Notes under the pieces: generated by a model
Told to the model about the DNA's origin: nothing
Seen by the model: the letters and a program-made list of their open reading frames with translations, nothing else
The model's database searches: none
Shown here: positions 59,658-64,000 of the stretch, one piece after another
Layout of the letters: the number at the start of each line of letters is the position of its first letter
Position numbering within the stretch: position 1 is the stretch's first letter
NCBI GenBank assembly: GCA_965217895.1
Contig: CBDCJV010000002.1
Coordinates: 480,001 to 544,000 of the forward strand
Length of the DNA stretch: 64,000 nt
Source of the DNA: Waterburya sp.
GTDB lineage: Bacteria > Cyanobacteriota > Cyanobacteriia > Cyanobacteriales > Xenococcaceae
Direction: 5' to 3'
Translations under genes and position numbers: made by a program

Positions 59658-62210
59658 ATGTATGGAAACTATTTTAAACAGCATCAGCCTCATCTAAAAA
59701 CTAATATCTTCGGCAGTAAACGTGCCAAGATTCAAATAGAAGACGATCGCACTGGCATAAGTATCGAAACCCTCAAACGAGCTATAACCGATAACTTATA
59801 TTACATCCAAGGCAAAAACGAGTCTTTAGCTACGCCCCACGATCGCTATATGGCATTAGCGTATACGGTACGCGATCGCCTGATTCACCGTTGGCTAAAA
59901 ACCATAGAAACTTATCTCCAACAAGATGCCAGATTTGTCTTCTACCTATCGGCAGAGTTTCTTATGGGTCGGCAACTGGGTCACAACCTAGTTAATGTCG
60001 GTCTTTGGTCGCAGGCATACCAGGCACTCGAAGAATCGGGACTCGATCTTTACGAATTAATGGAACTAGAAGCCGAACCTGGGTTGGGTAATGGTGGTCT
60101 GGGGAGGCTAGCAGCCTGTTTTTTAGATTCCCTGGCAACCTTAGAAATTCCTACCGTGGGCTATGGTATCCGCTACGAGTTTGGCATTTTTGACCAACAA
60201 ATTCAAGCTGGCTGGCAGGTAGAACGTCCCGACAGATGGTTGCATTTGGGCAACCCTTGGGAAATTCCCCGCCCTGAGTATATGGTAGAAGTTAAGCTGG
60301 GAGGACATACCGAAGCCTACACCGATTTACAGGGTCGTTATCAGGTGCGCTGGGTTAGCGATCGAACTGTCTTAGGCACGCCTTACGATACCCTCGTACC
60401 AGGATACAACACTAACACTGTTAATACGCTACGCTTGTGGAGTGCCAAAGCTAGCCAAGACTTTGACTTCCAGGTATTTGATACAGGGGATTACACCCGC
60501 GCCGTAGCTCAAAAGACATTTTCTGAGAATATATCGAAGGTTCTCTATCCTAACGATAATACGCCTCAAGGAAAGGAATTGCGATTAGAGCAGCAATATT
60601 TCTTTGTTTCTTGTTCTCTACAAGATATTATTCGCATTTACTTGTGGAATCACGATAACCTCGATCGCTTTTATGAAAAAGCAGCAATTCAACTTAATGA
60701 TACCCACCCCTCTATAGGTATTGCCGAGTTAATGCGCCTATTGATAGACGAACATCAGATGGACTGGGAACGGGCTTGGCAGATTACCCAGAATACTTTT
60801 GCCTATACCAATCACACTCTATTATCTGAAGCCCTAGAACGTTGGTCGGTTAGTCTGTTTGCTCGTCTTTTGCCCAGGCATTTAGAGATTATTTATGAAA
60901 TCAATCGTCGCTTTTTGGATCGGGTATGGTTGGAATACTCTGGCGATAAGGACAAAATTGCTCGTTTATCTCTAATTGAAGAGGGAGCAGAAAAACAAGT
61001 CCGCATGGCACACTTAGCCTGTGTTGGTTCTCATGCTGTTAACGGAGTTTCCGCTCTGCATACCGAGCTATTAAAAAGCGATGTTTTAAAAGATTTTTAC
61101 GAACTATCTCCAGAGAAGTTTAGTAATAAAACTAACGGAATTACACCCCGTCGCTGGCTGTTATTAAGCAACCCCAAGTTAACCCTATTGATTACTCAAA
61201 CCATTGGCAAGGAATGGATTAAGAATCTCGAAGAGTTAAGACAGTTAGAAACCTTGGTAAACGATCGCCAATTTTGCGATCGCTGGAATCAAATTAAACA
61301 GGAAAACAAACAGGATTTAAAAGCTTACATTCAGCATCATCAGGGCATTGAAGTCGATGCTAATTCTCTATTCGATATCCAAGTCAAACGCATCCACGAG
61401 TATAAGCGTCAACTGCTCAACGTATTGTACATCATCACTTTATATAACCGAATTAAAAACAATCCCGATCTCGATATTCAGCCACGCACCTTTATCTTCG
61501 GCGGTAAAGCAGCACCAGGCTATTGGATGGCTAAATTGATTATTAAGCTGATTAACTCGGTGGCGGAGGTATTAAACCGCGATCCTCATGTGGGAAATCT
61601 TTTGAAAGTTGTTTTTCTGCCTAACTTTTCCGTAACTCTAGGTGAAAAAGTGTATCCCGCAGCCGATCTTTCCGAACAGATTTCCACCGCAGGAAAAGAA
61701 GCCTCTGGTACGGGGAATATGAAGTTTGCCCTCAATGGTGCTTTAACTATTGGTACTCTTGACGGGGCTAATATTGAGATTCGCAAAGCCGTAGGTGCAG
61801 AAAATTTCTTTTTGTTTGGCTTGACTGCCGAAGAGGTAGTAAAACTTAAAACTCAGGGATACAACCCACGAGACTACTATAATACCAACGCCGAACTACG
61901 AGAGGCGATCGATCGCATTGCTTCGGGTTACTTTTCCCTCGATGAGCCGAGCCGATTTCAACCAATTGTGGATTCTTTGCTCAACCGAGATGAATACCTA
62001 CTGCTAGCAGATTATCAATCTTATCTCGACTGCCAAGAACAAGTTAGTCATGCTTACCAGGATCGAGATAACTGGACTCGAATGTCGATCCTGAATGTAG
62101 CGCGGATGGGCAGATTCTCTTCAGACCGAGCGATTCGCGAATATGCCAGCGATATTTGGCAAGTTAAGCCAGTCAAAATTGAACTTGAAGACACTAAAAC
62201 CGCTAAGTAG
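59658..62210 (+). CDS. glgP: Glycogen/alpha-glucan phosphorylase
   Basis: [40 protein letters not shown] (PLP lysine). Confidence 0.97.
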   Translation: MYGNYFKQHQPHLKTNIFGSKRAKIQIEDDRTGISIETLKRAITDNLYYIQGKNESLATPHDRYMALAYTVRDRLIHRWLKTIETYLQQDARFVFYLSAEFLMGRQLGHNLVNVGLWSQAYQALEESGLDLYELMELEAEPGLGNGGLGRLAACFLDSLATLEIPTVGYGIRYEFGIFDQQIQAGWQVERPDRWLHLGNPWEIPRPEYMVEVKLGGHTEAYTDLQGRYQVRWVSDRTVLGTPYDTLVPGYNTNTVNTLRLWSAKASQDFDFQVFDTGDYTRAVAQKTFSENISKVLYPNDNTPQGKELRLEQQYFFVSCSLQDIIRIYLWNHDNLDRFYEKAAIQLNDTHPSIGIAELMRLLIDEHQMDWERAWQITQNTFAYTNHTLLSEALERWSVSLFARLLPRHLEIIYEINRRFLDRVWLEYSGDKDKIARLSLIEEGAEKQVRMAHLACVGSHAVNGVSALHTELLKSDVLKDFYELSPEKFSNKTNGITPRRWLLLSNPKLTLLITQTIGKEWIKNLEELRQLETLVNDRQFCDRWNQIKQENKQDLKAYIQHHQGIEVDANSLFDIQVKRIHEYKRQLLNVLYIITLYNRIKNNPDLDIQPRTFIFGGKAAPGYWMAKLIIKLINSVAEVLNRDPHVGNLLKVVFLPNFSVTLGEKVYPAADLSEQISTAGKEASGTGNMKFALNGALTIGTLDGANIEIRKAVGAENFFLFGLTAEEVVKLKTQGYNPRDYYNTNAELREAIDRIASGYFSLDEPSRFQPIVDSLLNRDEYLLLADYQSYLDCQEQVSHAYQDRDNWTRMSILNVARMGRFSSDRAIREYASDIWQVKPVKIELEDTKTAK

Positions 62211-62350
62211 GCTTGGTATAATTGTTCTAACGCTATCCATTGCACGGTAATTTTTCAACACTTTTACCTTAATTGAATGGATAGCTTTTTTCTCCTCCGA
62301 GTAAAAATTGTCCAAACCATTGTTAGTATAAAGCTAAATTTAAAAATTAA

Positions 62351-63028
62351 ATGGTTATGAAAAATGTAAATACAGAACTAAATACGATACGGCTAACCCC
62401 AAAAGACTTTGATCGCGCTGCCGATCTTTTAACAGAAGCTTTTTATAATAACTCTGCTCACGTTTATATTTTCGCTAATGAAAAAACCAGGTTGAAGCTA
62501 CTAAAATGGGGCTTAAAAGCTAATTTAAAACTCAATCTCGCACCACCTACGCCGATCGGTAAAAGCTTCGCATTAGTCAAAGCCGATACTTCAGGAAAAA
62601 GACAGATCGAAGCTATGGCTTTTTGGCATCCTCCTAGATGTGATTCTCCTAGTTTAATTAATAAAATCACATCGGGATGGTTAACCATACCCTGGAAACT
62701 TGACAGAGAAACTTATCAACGTCTGACCGAAGTTACGATTACGATGGATAAAATTAAAGAAAATGTATTAGGCGATCGCCATGCCTGGTATCTTAATAAT
62801 ATGGTCGTAGCTAATGAACTGAGGGGAAAGGGAATTGGCAGTAAAGTTCTCCAACATCAGCTAGAAACCGTAGTTGAACCGTCAGGCTTTCCTGCAATTT
62901 TAATGACTCAAAGAGCAGCAAATGTTGTCTTCTATCAGCGATTGGGTTTTAAGGTAGTAACCGAATCAACAATAGGTACTGGAGAAGATGCGTTTACCAA
63001 TTGGTGTATGATTCGCCAAGCGAACTGA
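62351..63028 (+). CDS. GNAT-family N-acetyltransferase
   Basis: WYLNNMVV..LRGKGIGS..NVVFYQRLGF. Confidence 0.88.
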   Translation: MVMKNVNTELNTIRLTPKDFDRAADLLTEAFYNNSAHVYIFANEKTRLKLLKWGLKANLKLNLAPPTPIGKSFALVKADTSGKRQIEAMAFWHPPRCDSPSLINKITSGWLTIPWKLDRETYQRLTEVTITMDKIKENVLGDRHAWYLNNMVVANELRGKGIGSKVLQHQLETVVEPSGFPAILMTQRAANVVFYQRLGFKVVTESTIGTGEDAFTNWCMIRQAN

Positions 63029-63615
63029 CCTGCGTTCAATGATTTTACTAGGCGATTTTTGCCCTAGCGATCGCTTTTGAAGAATCCATTAAAAATATAC
63101 AACCAAAGAATAAATTTGTTGTCTAACAGCAACGATATACAATACAGCAATTTTAAAGACTTGTATTATAAATTTTAAATAGCAATCATTTGGATGAATT
63201 CAAGATGGCGATCGTGACAACACCGCTAGAGTAGTCGGGCGAGTAGATGAAGCAGCAACAGTTGAATACACTTTAAACGATCACCCTGCCTAGAATGCTG
63301 AAGTAAACGAGGGACTTAAGTTCGATATAGAACTGCAACAGACCATAGAGCCAATTCAGAGACAATTAGCTCTAAACAGGGTATCTTCAGCAACTGACAC
63401 TACTGACGAACTTGACAATCTGCCGAAGGGCGATCGCCAACTTTGAAAGAGCTAACGACCAGAAATGACTTAAGTAAATGGTACTTTGCTAGTTGAGAGT
63501 AAGCAACAACTGTTAAAAATTGTCCGAAGCATTGGAAGAGGGAACTTAAACCCAAGCTAAAAGCTAAAAGCTAAGAGCTACGAACGAAGTGAGTTAAATT
63601 AAGGGAGAAAATAAC

Positions 63616-64000
63616 ATGAGAACTCAAGAATCTAGAAATCTATCAAATTCAGGATGGACGCTTTCAACGGGGATTATCATGCTCGTACTGGGAATGATTG
63701 CCGTCATTGGTCCCTGGTTCTTAGCTTTGATCGCTGTCGTACTTATGTTTGCGTGGCTTTTGATTATTGGTGGTATTGCCCAGGCTGTTCATGCCTTCAA
63801 GTCGAGTAGTGCGGGAGGAATTTTACTCAAGCTGCTGCTTAGTATTCTCTCTCTGCTTGCTGGAATAGTTTTGCTGATTTATCCCCTGGCAGGCATGGTT
63901 AGTTTGACCCTGGTGTTGGGAATCTTTATTTTCCTTGATGGCGTTTTGCGAGTGATTCAGGCTTTTCAATTACGCCCTATGCCTAAATGGGGTTGGGTCT
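63616..64000 (+). CDS. hdeD: HdeD/DUF308 acid-resistance membrane protein, 3'-truncated by window edge
   Basis: MRTQE..GIIMLVLGMIAV..WLLIIGGIAQAVHAF..YPLAGMVSLTLVLGIFIFLDGV..AFQLRPMPKWGW; not in the ORF track. Confidence 0.85.
   Translation, partial: MRTQESRNLSNSGWTLSTGIIMLVLGMIAVIGPWFLALIAVVLMFAWLLIIGGIAQAVHAFKSSSAGGILLKLLLSILSLLAGIVLLIYPLAGMVSLTLVLGIFIFLDGVLRVIQAFQLRPMPKWGWV

Noticed and set aside
63190..63480. Possible fragment of a large surface protein (…ARVVGRVDEAATVEYTLND…)
   Set aside because: Broken by stops and too short to assign by eye
1..64000. Abundant GCGATCGC as a novel repeat
   Set aside because: This is the well-known cyanobacterial HIP1 octamer

Overview
AT-rich cyanobacterial chromosome segment, identified by abundant HIP1 GCGATCGC octamers, crtO, cpeY and heptamer tandem repeats; gene style suggests a Pleurocapsales-like organism (inference). 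The left half (1-33 kb) is a patchwork of housekeeping, stress and accessory genes. It includes two COG4705 membrane-protein paralogs with an identical upstream box, an XRE-HTH plus ImmA/IrrE peptidase pair near a small ORF coupled to a Rad50/DndD-like CxC ABC-ATPase, a DEP-domain protein, DUF1501/DUF1800, a degenerate PEP-synthase paralog and several decayed IS elements and pseudogenes. The right half (about 33.4-64 kb) is a putative dark/anoxic fermentation and acid-stress island: hsp20, ackA, gpmA, xfp, ldh, a SpoIIAA-like protein, three USPs, ppsA, a type IIIA H+-ATPase, a cation ATPase, DUF5335, a PII-like protein, glgP and hdeD. Six promoters in it share a 16-bp direct-repeat box, CCTCAYAAGTTCTTCA, each exactly 11 nt upstream of a -10-like hexamer, which suggests a regulon whose regulator is not in the window. 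The island is interrupted by an IS630, an IS4 and a HIP1-free restriction-modification cassette. Nested very short mobile repeats sit inside a HIP1 site in a USP gene and at the same codon of two different IS630 transposases. No rRNA, tRNA or CRISPR array was recognised. All calls are from reading the sequence, without database searches.
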